Source of the DNA: a virus
Lineage: Duplodnaviria; Caudoviricetes
DNA: 64,000 bases
IMG/VR virus record: IMGVR_UViG_2974611114_000001
Coordinates: 32,001-96,000 of that record
Direction: 5' to 3' (one strand)
The notes below the pieces were generated by a model that saw only the letters and a list, made by a program, of their open reading frames with translations, was not told where the DNA came from and did no database searches. Numbering within the stretch: position 1 is the stretch's first letter; each line of letters opens with the position of its first letter. The translations under genes and the position numbers were made by a program. Positions 38,791-47,436 of this stretch are shown here, piece by piece.

Positions 38791-39076
38791 CCAGCTAAGG
38801 TTTAAAATAGTAGTAGAGTATATGTCTGGTGACTCTTTTGGATCTAGTTTAGAATCTGACGAAATTCCGTATGAGTGGAGTAACTTATCAGAGTGCCAGA
38901 AAGCACTAGATATAATTCTAGAAACTACTAAAAGCCGGTCAGACTTTACAATTATGCTACCTCTAGATGATGGGTCAATGCATCAATTCTCTAACTTCTG
39001 GAATGCGGGCTATTTTGAAAGCCTGCATTCTTTGGAAATTAAACTAGTAGGTGTTGGGGAGAAAATATATGTATAA
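38783..39076 (+). CDS. hypothetical protein
   Basis: Start MSSQLR after GGAG. Confidence 0.65.
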   Translation: MSSQLRFKIVVEYMSGDSFGSSLESDEIPYEWSNLSECQKALDIILETTKSRSDFTIMLPLDDGSMHQFSNFWNAGYFESLHSLEIKLVGVGEKIYV

Positions 39077-39332
39077 TAAAGAAGAAGATCAAACGATCGC
39101 TAACCTTATTGATATGCGCATTCGTCAACAGGTACAGAACGCGATTAAAGTGTCGGAACCGGAGCGTATTGGTGGTAAACTAGTAGTAACTATCTCAGTA
39201 GACGCAAAATTAGCAAGTAAGGTTTACGAAGCATTAAACGATTTAGTAGGTAAGCTAGAATACATTGAGATTGACTCTAGTTCAGATACTACATTATTTA
39301 AAGTAAGACCAGTAATCAATAAATTTATTTAA
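39069..39332 (+). CDS. hypothetical protein
   Basis: Start MYNKEE after GGAG. Confidence 0.65.
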   Translation: MYNKEEDQTIANLIDMRIRQQVQNAIKVSEPERIGGKLVVTISVDAKLASKVYEALNDLVGKLEYIEIDSSSDTTLFKVRPVINKFI

Positions 39333-39402
39333 AATTTCACTTGCAAAACTCCTTAAAATCTAATATAATATATTTATAGTTTGAAGTTAGGGAGTTTTTC
39401 AA

Positions 39403-39924
39403 ATGAATGTTTTAGATGTCCTTAAAAGTAAAGGCGTTACAGATAGTCATAAAGTTTGGTTAGATCTAGAAGGAAATAAGGCAACTTTTCCACTGTTTGC
39501 AACAGATGGTAGATTGGTTGGATTTCAGCAGTATACACCAGATGCTCCTAAAAAGCATAAAGAGCCTAGTAAGGCAAGATATTTTACTTGGAGTTCTGAG
39601 CCAGCATTATGGGGTCTAGACACTGTAAACCCTAATGACACTTTAGTGTTTGTAACGGAAGCAGTATTTAGAGCTACCGCACTACAAAGACTCGGCGTCA
39701 ACGCCGTATCTGCTTTAGGCTCTAGTATGCACAAACCATTACTGAGATTATTAAATAATCACCAAACATATAAGTTTGTTTGGGTAGGTGATCCAGATAA
39801 TGCAGGTGCTAAGTTATGTAAGAAGTTTAAGCACGGTGGTATGCAGTCTCCTAAAGACTTAGATGATATGTCAGACACTGAACTGCTTATGTTTAGTAAA
39901 GTATTACTAGATAATTATAGATAA
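39403..39924 (+). CDS. stand-alone TOPRIM/primase-like protein
   Basis: G.LVGFQQY.P, VTEAVF, SALGS, GDPD.AG, KDL.D. Confidence 0.8.
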   Translation: MNVLDVLKSKGVTDSHKVWLDLEGNKATFPLFATDGRLVGFQQYTPDAPKKHKEPSKARYFTWSSEPALWGLDTVNPNDTLVFVTEAVFRATALQRLGVNAVSALGSSMHKPLLRLLNNHQTYKFVWVGDPDNAGAKLCKKFKHGGMQSPKDLDDMSDTELLMFSKVLLDNYR

Positions 39925-39933
39925 AAGAATAAC

Positions 39934-40011
39934 GGGATGTTAGCTCAATTGGTCTAGAGCACTCGCCTTTTAAGCGATAGGTTCGGAGTTCGAGTCTCCG
40001 ACATCCCACCA
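39934..40011 (+). tRNA. tRNA-Lys(UUU)
   Basis: CT-TTT-AA loop, CCA. Confidence 0.93.
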
Positions 40012-40017
40012 AATTAC

Positions 40018-40094
40018 GGGGCATTAACTCAGTTGGTTAGAGTAGCAGACTCTTAATCTGAATGTCGTAGGTTCGAATCCTACATGCCCCACCA
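40018..40094 (+). tRNA. tRNA-Lys(CUU)
   Basis: CT-CTT-AA loop, CCA. Confidence 0.93.
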
Positions 40095-40112
40095 AATAAT
40101 AGGAAATAGCTA

Positions 40113-40508
40113 ATGAAAACTAAACAACATGTCGGTACTTTCTTTCTCCACGTTATTGTAGAGATTGCCTTAATGAAGGGCTGGGATTTCGATAGTATTA
40201 AAAGTCCTGAAGAGTACCTAGAATCTTATAATGAAAGTACTAAAGACATGGTTTTGTATAAGTTAAGAAATAGCAGCGCAAAACTAACCGTACACAACGC
40301 TATTGAACTGATTAATGGTACTATTAGTGATGAGTCCTTGGAGTTTTTCAACTCGTTATATAAGGTGATCCTAGAGTCTACACCAGAGGTTTTATATGAC
40401 CCGCATTATGTAGTGTTCGTATCAATGCATTCAGGCTCTAGTGATTATTTTACTGTTAGCATGTTGCAAGACGTTATTAAAATTAGCCCCTTTAGCTCAG
40501 AAGAGTAG
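40113..40508 (+). CDS. hypothetical protein
   Basis: AGGA RBS; stop inside the next tRNA. Confidence 0.65.
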   Translation: MKTKQHVGTFFLHVIVEIALMKGWDFDSIKSPEEYLESYNESTKDMVLYKLRNSSAKLTVHNAIELINGTISDESLEFFNSLYKVILESTPEVLYDPHYVVFVSMHSGSSDYFTVSMLQDVIKISPFSSEE

Positions 40509-40562
40509 AGCACCCGACTCATAATCGGTAGGTCGCTGGTTCGATCCCAGCAAGGGGCACCA
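40486..40562 (+). tRNA. tRNA-CAU, probably Ile2 (lysidine type); elongator Met not excluded
   Basis: CT-CAT-AA loop; GCCCC/GGGGC acceptor and GCTGG T-stem resemble bacterial Ile2. Confidence 0.85.
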
Positions 40563-40577
40563 AATTATCAATAAACT

Positions 40578-40982
40578 ATGAGGTATATTATGCCAGACTA
40601 TCTAGGGGCTAAACAGTCCATTAATAAAATGAGTAAAGCAGCTTTAGAATTAGCAGAGTGTATGTATCCTCTACTAGAAGAAGCGCATAACCGTAAACCA
40701 AACGCAGGGTTTGATGCTAAGCTCTTAAAGTTAAAAGAATTAGCGTCCCAGCTAAAATTCTATGAAGAAGTAGATAAAGAAGTATCCATGTATACTCTAG
40801 AGTACGGCGGAGAAGTATTGTACATTGCTATTAGAGGTGATGACATGGTCGTTCATTCTAGTATGTTAAAGCATCTATGGGAAGATAGAGAATCCTTTGA
40901 ATTCGATAAGTATTATTCCTGTAAGGTTAATGAATACTTCTTAGACCCATCTGTGCTTGATAATAAGGTGCGTATCTGGTAA
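40578..40982 (+). CDS. hypothetical protein
   Basis: ORF track; GAGG RBS suggests start at MPDYL. Confidence 0.65.
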   Translation: MRYIMPDYLGAKQSINKMSKAALELAECMYPLLEEAHNRKPNAGFDAKLLKLKELASQLKFYEEVDKEVSMYTLEYGGEVLYIAIRGDDMVVHSSMLKHLWEDRESFEFDKYYSCKVNEYFLDPSVLDNKVRIW

Positions 40983-41190
40983 ATATTTAAGGGCAATTAT
41001 GAGTAGTTCAGGGGTTATTTTAATTAGTATTCTTACTGTGCTATGTATATTATCAGCAGTAATATACTCTGCTATCGTAGCAAATATACTAACAGGGTAT
41101 TCCCCAACGGAAGATATAAAGAGTACGTACTCTAAGGCGGTTAGTTCAGCCACTAATAAGTCTTGGAGTACTAAGAGGGAGTTGGTGTAG
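40957..41190 (+). CDS. small membrane protein
   Basis: Hydrophobic segment VILISILTVLCILSAVIYSAIVANIL; start uncertain. Confidence 0.5.
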   Translation: MIIRCVSGKYLRAIMSSSGVILISILTVLCILSAVIYSAIVANILTGYSPTEDIKSTYSKAVSSATNKSWSTKRELV

Positions 41191-41250
41191 TCGGTAGCAC
41201 TCCAGTCTTTGACACTGGCATCACAGGTTCGAGTCCTGTACTCCCTGCCA
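41176..41250 (+). tRNA. tRNA-Gln(UUG)
   Basis: CT-TTG-AC loop, GCCA. Confidence 0.93.
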
Positions 41251-41261
41251 ATTTTACTATA

Positions 41262-41355
41262 GGAAGAATAACCCTAAAGGTAAGGGAACTGTTTGCTAAA
41301 CAGTCAGTAGCTGATGAAAGTCGGTGTGTGGGTTCAAATCCCACTTCTTCCTCCA
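41262..41355 (+). tRNA. tRNA-Ser(GCU)
   Basis: TT-GCT-AA loop, long variable arm, CCA. Confidence 0.9.
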
Positions 41356-41584
41356 ATCTTATAGGTAGGATATGAAAAGTGTAGTATATATCGCTAAAAA
41401 TAAGTCAACTGGTAATCTAATATTTATAAGACCAGGAGAATACTACCCACAATATGAATATGAGTTAATATATTCCATGTCAGCAGAGCAGGCTATGCAG
41501 TTGGTTATAGATAGTCAAAAAGATTAAAATTGTATTTGCAAAACTCTCAATTTCTTGATATAATATTTATTAGAAATTGAGAGA

Positions 41585-41804
41585 AAGATGTACTTAAGAA
41601 TCAAGCCCTATATCGTTCAGTTTAGGTATTGGACTTAAGATAACGAAAGGTTTAGATAGTAATTCTAGAAAAAACTACTTAACCGACGATGAAGCCTGTA
41701 TATTAAATGTGAGTCATGATCACACTATAAATTACAGCGCCTACGTTTGTAGGACTTGTTCAAGCATTGTCTTGATGAAGGGGCTTGATTCTTAAATACA
41801 TTTT
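41585..41804 (+). ncRNA. candidate ncRNA (~220 nt) with long closing stem
   Basis: Promoter 41536-41564; AAGATGTACTTAAGAATCAAGCCC pairs with GGGCTTGATTCTTAAATACATTTT. Confidence 0.6.
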
Positions 41805-41805
41805 T

Positions 41806-41880
41806 GGTACTATAGTATAACGGCAATTATAACGGTCTGTCGCACCGAAGATCGGGGTTCGATTCCCCGTAGTACCGCCA
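41806..41880 (+). tRNA. tRNA-Asp(GUC)
   Basis: CT-GTC-GC loop, GCCA. Confidence 0.92.
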
Positions 41881-41910
41881 ATCAACTAGAAAGTATGGAG
41901 AGTATATCAT

Positions 41911-42480
41911 ATGGAAGGGTTTACCCCTATACCAGAACACCCAGAGTACTTAGTATCAGATAGTGGGGGCATATATTCTACTATTAGTAATAGATTACTA
42001 CGTCCAACAGTTGATGGTGCAGGGTACCTACACTTCGCTGTACGACTAGACACAAGGAAGTATAAATGGTTACGAGTTCATAGGGTTGTATGTAGGGTGT
42101 TTGGTAACCTGCCAAGTCTCGACTCCACTCTGGAAGTAGACCACATAAACAGGAATAAATTAGATAACCGAGCAGTCAATTTAAATGCCCTAACCCCTGA
42201 AGAGCATATAAGTAAGACCCTAACTGATAAAGGGCTAAAGCCTGGAACAAAACTATGCTCATGTGGCATTCCTATCTCAACTAGAAACAATACGTGCTTT
42301 GCGTGTGCGCACAATAAGGGCTCACATATAACTATAGAGGATATTATTTATTGGGTAACAAACTACTCGTGGAGTAGAGCCTCTAGAGAGTTGGGAATAT
42401 CCGACAACGGATTACGTAAAAAGTACCGATCACTTACTGGAAAAGACCCTAAAAGTATAAAGTACGATTTTTCTAAGTAG
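41911..42480 (+). CDS. free-standing HNH homing endonuclease (NUMOD4-like N-term, HNH, Zn/HTH C-term)
   Basis: Y.VSD.G.I.S, VHRVV, VDHINRNKLDN...NL, C.C...C..C, RELGISDNGLRK. Confidence 0.9.
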   Translation: MEGFTPIPEHPEYLVSDSGGIYSTISNRLLRPTVDGAGYLHFAVRLDTRKYKWLRVHRVVCRVFGNLPSLDSTLEVDHINRNKLDNRAVNLNALTPEEHISKTLTDKGLKPGTKLCSCGIPISTRNNTCFACAHNKGSHITIEDIIYWVTNYSWSRASRELGISDNGLRKKYRSLTGKDPKSIKYDFSK

Positions 42481-42602
42481 GTTAAATCCTACATCAGAGA
42501 CCAAATTATAGTGTAATTAGCTTATAGCTACTGAATAGTCCTAAGGTAGCACGGCAAAGCAGTCGCCCGTTCGATGTCAGGCTTGGAAACGCTTGGTACA
42601 CG

Positions 42603-42645
42603 TAGGGAGTCCGATGTGTAGGTTCAAATCCTACATCAGAGACCA
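42603..42645 (+). pseudogene. 3' half of a tRNA (Pro-like) lacking its 5' half; second remnant at 42477-42504
   Basis: GTAGG-TTCAAAT-CCTAC ATCAGAG ACCA with no complementary CTCTGAT 5' strand nearby. Confidence 0.65.
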
Positions 42646-42651
42646 AATTAA

Positions 42652-42744
42652 GGAGGAATGGCAGAGATGGATTATTGCACCTGACTTGAAATCAGACGGG
42701 TCTAGCGATAGGCTCCAGGGGTTCGAATCCCCTTTCCTCCTCCA
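42652..42744 (+). tRNA. tRNA-Ser(UGA)
   Basis: CT-TGA-AA loop, long variable arm, CCA. Confidence 0.93.
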
Positions 42745-42767
42745 AATTAATTAAAGAGAATAGCGCG

Positions 42768-43223
42768 ATGAAAAATCTAGAAGTGAAAGTAACGCATCTT
42801 GTAGATAACTGGGATTGCGATGATTGTGGGTGTACTATGGAAGAGGGTTGGAAAGTAGTAAGTCCTACCCACCCAGAATTAGACGTTACTATGACACCAT
42901 CAGCATTTTGCTATGATGGTGAGGGATATACAGTTGGTGATCTAATTAAGCACTGGATGTCAAAGGGTATTACCCCTACTGGCATTAATGTATTGGGATT
43001 ACCATTCCATGATTATGAGTTTTTACCATTAGTAGTACCAGAAGCATTTAAGAATACAACTTACATGCTAGATGGTGAAGAATTTACCGACCATGAGCAA
43101 CAAATATGTGATGCTGGTTTAATACAGGAATTCCTATCTAAGGTGTACAAGTTACCAGTCAACCTAGTAACTAGTAGTAAAGATATCTCCACCAATTTTA
43201 ACGAAGAACTAGAGGTTATTTAA
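42768..43223 (+). CDS. hypothetical protein
   Basis: 151 aa, CDDCG motif. Confidence 0.65.
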   Translation: MKNLEVKVTHLVDNWDCDDCGCTMEEGWKVVSPTHPELDVTMTPSAFCYDGEGYTVGDLIKHWMSKGITPTGINVLGLPFHDYEFLPLVVPEAFKNTTYMLDGEEFTDHEQQICDAGLIQEFLSKVYKLPVNLVTSSKDISTNFNEELEVI

Positions 43224-43226
43224 TAA

Positions 43227-43619
43227 ATGAAACGCTTAAGAGCAATTATGTCGGCAATTGTACTATCATCAGTAATATTATTAACTGGGTGTCCTGCGGA
43301 CTCTGATGTAGCATCTCATAACCTAAGTAAGTCCTCAGATAACTTTGAAGTACAACGAAGAATTGTGTTTTACAATGGCATTACTGGAGATTACATGCTG
43401 ACCATTGAGGGTTTATGTACTCGAGATAATACCAGTACTGAACATGTTCTAGGCGTAGTCTGCAAGGTAGGTGATGGGCAATATAAAAAGCATCTGCTTG
43501 GGCTATCAGATAACGTTACTTTCTTTATGGAACAGGTTGACCCAGTATCTGTAAGTAAATACCATTATAGAGTTGTATTTAAACCATCTGTAATTATTCC
43601 AGATATTGATATTCGTTAA
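43227..43619 (+). CDS. lipoprotein
   Basis: Lipobox LLTGC; NFEV.RRIVFYNGIT, GLSDNVT conserved phage lipoprotein pattern. Confidence 0.8.
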   Translation: MKRLRAIMSAIVLSSVILLTGCPADSDVASHNLSKSSDNFEVQRRIVFYNGITGDYMLTIEGLCTRDNTSTEHVLGVVCKVGDGQYKKHLLGLSDNVTFFMEQVDPVSVSKYHYRVVFKPSVIIPDIDIR

Positions 43620-43628
43620 TATAGTAAA

Positions 43629-43703
43629 GCACCTTTAGCTGAGATGGATTAGCACTAGCCTGAAGAGCCTGGGAGGTTGGATCGTTACCAACAGGGTGCA
43701 CCA
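43629..43703 (+). tRNA. tRNA-Phe(GAA), atypical
   Basis: CT-GAA-GA loop, weak anticodon stem, T-loop ATCGTTA, CCA. Confidence 0.8.
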
Positions 43704-43761
43704 AATTAATACTGTAGACGCTATCGTCTACATTTAAGAATCTTACAGTAGGGTTCTTAAA

Positions 43762-43839
43762 TGTGTCGGTAGCATAGTTGGATAATGCCCCTGATTGTGA
43801 TTCAGGAATACGCGGGTTCGAATCCCGTCCGTCACCCCA
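43762..43839 (+). tRNA. tRNA-His(GUG), U at -1
   Basis: TT-GTG-AT loop, C73-CCA. Confidence 0.9.
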
Positions 43840-43855
43840 AATTTTAGGAGATAGT

Positions 43856-44056
43856 ATGTCTGATGTACATTTTAACGTAGCACACGAGAAGTTTCGAGAT
43901 GGAATGGTTAAAGTTACATACTCTGCTGTTACAGATGGTGTAGTCGTATATAGTAATAGGCTTATTTGTTATTACAATCATTTAACTAATGACCATATTT
44001 ACAAAGTGTGTGTTGCTAGGATGCGCAAGATATTAAGAATTACTAGCAAAAGCTAG
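43856..44056 (+). CDS. hypothetical protein
   Basis: Start MSDVHF after AGGAG. Confidence 0.6.
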   Translation: MSDVHFNVAHEKFRDGMVKVTYSAVTDGVVVYSNRLICYYNHLTNDHIYKVCVARMRKILRITSKS

Positions 44057-44115
44057 AATGCCCAGTAGGTGGCTTACCTACATACTACTAATAGTAATAA
44101 ATAGGAATAGTAATT

Positions 44116-44388
44116 ATGGAATTTGTATTAAAGTTAGTTCGTAGTTTTTCAGATGAAGAGGCGAAGCTTAACACAGCAGTAGAGGGTCAATATCGTATAT
44201 TTGAAACCACTACGTATATCCCCTTAGGTAGCAGACCTGAAATCTTAAAAGGTAGATCTATCACCGGCATAGAGAATGTATCAGCAGTTATTAGAACAGG
44301 CGATGGGGATATTGTAATTTATCGAGAAGTAAGCGCATATCTGCTAAATGAAGATGGTAAAACCATCCAAATCATTAATAGACCGTAG
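44116..44388 (+). CDS. hypothetical protein
   Basis: AGGA RBS; AYLLNEDGKTI C-terminal motif. Confidence 0.7.
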   Translation: MEFVLKLVRSFSDEEAKLNTAVEGQYRIFETTTYIPLGSRPEILKGRSITGIENVSAVIRTGDGDIVIYREVSAYLLNEDGKTIQIINRP

Positions 44389-44400
44389 AATTCATACATA

Positions 44401-44430
44401 AGGGATTGCAGAGATGCAGTCCCTTTTTTG
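44401..44430 (+). terminator. intrinsic terminator closing the tRNA cluster
   Basis: AGGGATTGCA-GAGA-TGCAGTCCCT + T tract. Confidence 0.85.
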
Positions 44431-44561
44431 TACACGTAACAAATTAATTATGCAGTATATCCTTACTGGTAAGGCGCGGGGAAATACTTACAATATAAAA
44501 ATTTTTATTGACCTCGTGGCATAATTATAGTATAATATCTATATAATAAAGGAGGATTATT

Positions 44562-44858
44562 ATGATTATTTATTTATTAATAATGCTCTGGGCACTTGTA
44601 GGACTATTTAATACGTATGTGGTATTTAGAAGCCTTTCAGCAAAGGATATTATATGCATACGTTATTGGTTGTACAATTCATGGAAACGTAATCATAAGA
44701 CTATGCTTAGTATAAGCGAGTACGAGGAGACTAAGATTATAAAGCCATATTTAATGTTTAAATTACAGGTATACTGTGCCGGAGCCATGCTAGGGATGTT
44801 CTCATACGTACTTAGTGACACTTTGAGAGGGATTTGTTCTTATGAAAATATTATCTGA
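44562..44858 (+). CDS. membrane hypothetical protein
   Basis: Promoter at 44508, GGAGG RBS, N-terminal TM. Confidence 0.65.
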   Translation: MIIYLLIMLWALVGLFNTYVVFRSLSAKDIICIRYWLYNSWKRNHKTMLSISEYEETKIIKPYLMFKLQVYCAGAMLGMFSYVLSDTLRGICSYENII

Positions 44859-45267
44859 GTACATGGACTTTTACGACTTACAACATAGGTTTGGTAAGTC
44901 TGATAGAATTTGGGAAAGGAATAGTGATCGGTACCTACTAGACGCAGATAGTCAATATGTAGAGCCAGCGACTGCTTATATTAAATATCTAGATAACTGG
45001 TATGAGCTTCAAGGGAGTACTCTTATACACATGGTAGATATAAACCCTATTCTAGAAGCTCCAGACACTTTGACCAAATTAGTAGATGTAGCCCCGATAG
45101 TTGTAGTAATACCAAACGTAGGTTCACAACATATAGTATATATTAATCCACCAGTATATAAGCAGACAGCCATTCTAAATTTTATAGAGAATAATGCTGT
45201 TCGTATGCATAAGGAAATAGAAATGTTCCTTATACGTAAAGGAGCAATACGTGGGAATACTAATTGA
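44842..45267 (+). CDS. hypothetical protein
   Basis: MKILS...DFYD start, coupled. Confidence 0.65.
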   Translation: MKILSEYMDFYDLQHRFGKSDRIWERNSDRYLLDADSQYVEPATAYIKYLDNWYELQGSTLIHMVDINPILEAPDTLTKLVDVAPIVVVIPNVGSQHIVYINPPVYKQTAILNFIENNAVRMHKEIEMFLIRKGAIRGNTN

Positions 45268-45661
45268 TTTTCTAAAAAGGAATATAGCGCCTACCATAGC
45301 TGTGCTTATTATAGGGTTTGGTCTTATTCAAGTTATGTATTACCAAAATAAAACTATTAATGCATTGGAGAGCCAAGCAGTGATGCTGGCTAAGGATAAC
45401 AAAGGATTGCAAGCATCATTGTCTGAGCTTCACTCTAGAATGGATATTATGGCAGGTGATATTAATAACATAGTAATAAATAGACAAGCTTCACAGACAC
45501 TTCGCGAAGCGGAATCATCTAAAATAGAATCAGCTAGAGGTAGAGAACATATACTTATTGCAAAACCAACTTTATCGGCAAAAGCTATAGAACGAGCCGT
45601 GAATCAAACCGGAAAGGAGATATCATGTCTAACTGGAGACGAGTCGTCTTGTCATCAATGA
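45251..45661 (+). CDS. i-spanin (Rz-like)
   Basis: N-terminal TM, coiled coil, GREH...AKP, C-terminal Cys. Confidence 0.75.
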   Translation: MGILIDFLKRNIAPTIAVLIIGFGLIQVMYYQNKTINALESQAVMLAKDNKGLQASLSELHSRMDIMAGDINNIVINRQASQTLREAESSKIESARGREHILIAKPTLSAKAIERAVNQTGKEISCLTGDESSCHQ

Positions 45662-45939
45662 TCGTGCTGGGGCTTGTGGGATGCTCTAGCGAACCTTACA
45701 TACCACCACCTAAGATTATAGAAATTTCCAAGCCTATTATAGCACTGCCTAAGCCGGTAGAGTATTGTTCAGTACGCAATTTATCTATTCAGGTTGTTGA
45801 TAATAGAGCATATATAGCTATACCTTATTCTGACTATATTGACTACTCTAAATGCACAAGAGACTATGTAAGATACTTAAAAGATATTAATAATACAGTA
45901 TGCTACTATACAAATAATAAAGGGGAAAATTGTAAATGA
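45625..45939 (+). CDS. o-spanin (Rz1-like lipoprotein)
   Basis: Lipobox LVGC, Pro-rich linker, overlaps i-spanin. Confidence 0.75.
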   Translation: MSNWRRVVLSSMIVLGLVGCSSEPYIPPPKIIEISKPIIALPKPVEYCSVRNLSIQVVDNRAYIAIPYSDYIDYSKCTRDYVRYLKDINNTVCYYTNNKGENCK

Positions 45940-46682
45940 TTTTATTGGGACTTACTGGAGACGCTGGTGTTGGTAAAGACACGGTAGCCCAGCTGTTAAA
46001 GGAAGCGGGAGAGAATGTACACTTCCAGGTTGAGCGTATAGGTTTTGGTGACGCGTTATACGGATTAGCGTCAAAACTATCCGGTATACCTATTGAGTAT
46101 ATGCAAAATAGGGAATACAAGGAAGAAAAAGTCCATATGTGCTTTACAGAGCAAAGTCTCATAGATGCTAGCGACTACTGGGACGAGATTGGTATTGGAA
46201 GCTACGGCGATTTCCCGTATTGCATCTCTGAGTGGGTACATAACGATCTACTGCCTAAGTTCGGGGAGCCTAATATTCTTCCAGACGCAGTCTACTCGTT
46301 TTATTTATCACCACGTGAGTTATTACAGCTAACTGGTACAGAACTTGGTAGAGATAGAGTGGACACAGACCTGTGGCTTAATTTAGTAGACCAAAAGATA
46401 AGCTCAGCCTGCTCAGATGTAATAATTATCACTGATGTTCGTTTTCCTAATGAAATTGAATACGTTAAAAGTAGTGGTGGAGAGATAGTACAGATAGTTA
46501 GTAGTGTTAAAAAGTTTGCTACCAAAAGTACAAACCATCCTAGTGCTCAGAAACTAGATTACTATGATATTAAAATTGATAATACATTTGAGGGGTTAGA
46601 TAAGTTAGCCTTTACCTTATCAACAGAACTGTATCCGACCCTGCCTTTACGATTTGTAGATAGCTTACTAGAGGAGCGCTAA
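45936..46682 (+). CDS. dnk: deoxynucleoside monophosphate kinase
   Basis: GDAGVGKDT, SPRELLQLTGTE, ITDVRFPNE. Confidence 0.92.
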   Translation: MILLGLTGDAGVGKDTVAQLLKEAGENVHFQVERIGFGDALYGLASKLSGIPIEYMQNREYKEEKVHMCFTEQSLIDASDYWDEIGIGSYGDFPYCISEWVHNDLLPKFGEPNILPDAVYSFYLSPRELLQLTGTELGRDRVDTDLWLNLVDQKISSACSDVIIITDVRFPNEIEYVKSSGGEIVQIVSSVKKFATKSTNHPSAQKLDYYDIKIDNTFEGLDKLAFTLSTELYPTLPLRFVDSLLEER

Positions 46683-46683
46683 T

Positions 46684-47277
46684 ATGTTTGAAGACGAAGA
46701 AGGAATCATCTCATTGAAACAACCAGTACTTACCGCACAGGTAGGTTCCACAGTGTATAATTATCATATGGATGAGCCTATTGGTGATCCCTCTAACTAT
46801 AGAGATCTAATTACTGTACTTAGCATGGCTACCGAAGCAGACGTTATTAATCTGTATATCAACGGACCTGGGGGCGATCTTAGCACTACGATGCAGTTAT
46901 GCAATGCTATTGCGTCATCTAGTGCTACTGTTGTTGGGCATTTGCAGGGATCTGCGTGTTCAGGTCATGCGTTCATTTTCTTAGCATGCCACGAATGGGT
47001 AGTGTACCCAGTATCTTACGTAATGTTGCATACCTCAACTGGTGGTACTTACGGAACTGGTAATAATAACCATGCAGCTATCGCTAACCTAGATCAAATT
47101 ATGTCAGCATTAATGGACTACTTTGTAGTTCCCTTTATGAGTAAAGAGGAGGTTGAGCAGAGGATCTTTACCTATAAAGACGATGTATATTTTTCAGGAG
47201 AGGACTTATCTACTCGCTTAGATAAGTTATCTAAGTATAGACAGGCAGCCATCAAAGAATACATGGAATCTAATTAG
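46684..47277 (+). CDS. clpP: ClpP-like protease
   Basis: LYINGPGG, GSACS, VMLH. Confidence 0.85.
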   Translation: MFEDEEGIISLKQPVLTAQVGSTVYNYHMDEPIGDPSNYRDLITVLSMATEADVINLYINGPGGDLSTTMQLCNAIASSSATVVGHLQGSACSGHAFIFLACHEWVVYPVSYVMLHTSTGGTYGTGNNNHAAIANLDQIMSALMDYFVVPFMSKEEVEQRIFTYKDDVYFSGEDLSTRLDKLSKYRQAAIKEYMESN

Positions 47278-47284
47278 TTGTATA

Positions 47285-47317
47285 AAGCCACCCTGATACT
47301 TCAAGGTGGCTTTTTTG
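47285..47317 (+). terminator. intrinsic terminator
   Basis: AAGCCACC...GGTGGCTT + T tract. Confidence 0.8.
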
Positions 47318-47436
47318 TTGGAAATAGAAAATATACTTGACAATTGTATGATAATATGCTAGGGAAGAATTATAATATTTACTTGTAAAATGCGTGCGCT
47401 TCTGGTATAATAGTAGTATCAGGAGGTGAGAAATTT

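Noticed and set aside
41171-41356. 61-aa minus ORF
   Set aside because: Antisense of tRNA-Gln and tRNA-Ser
43711-43763. Two overlapping hairpins between tRNA-Phe and tRNA-His
   Set aside because: Short and mutually overlapping; more simply processing stems than an independent RNA
44451-44482. tRNA-like 5' fragment (CCTT-ACTGGT-AAGG D-arm)
   Set aside because: Only ~30 nt, lies after the terminator, and has no anticodon/T arm; its acceptor strand is not complementary to the orphan 3' halves at 42.5 kb
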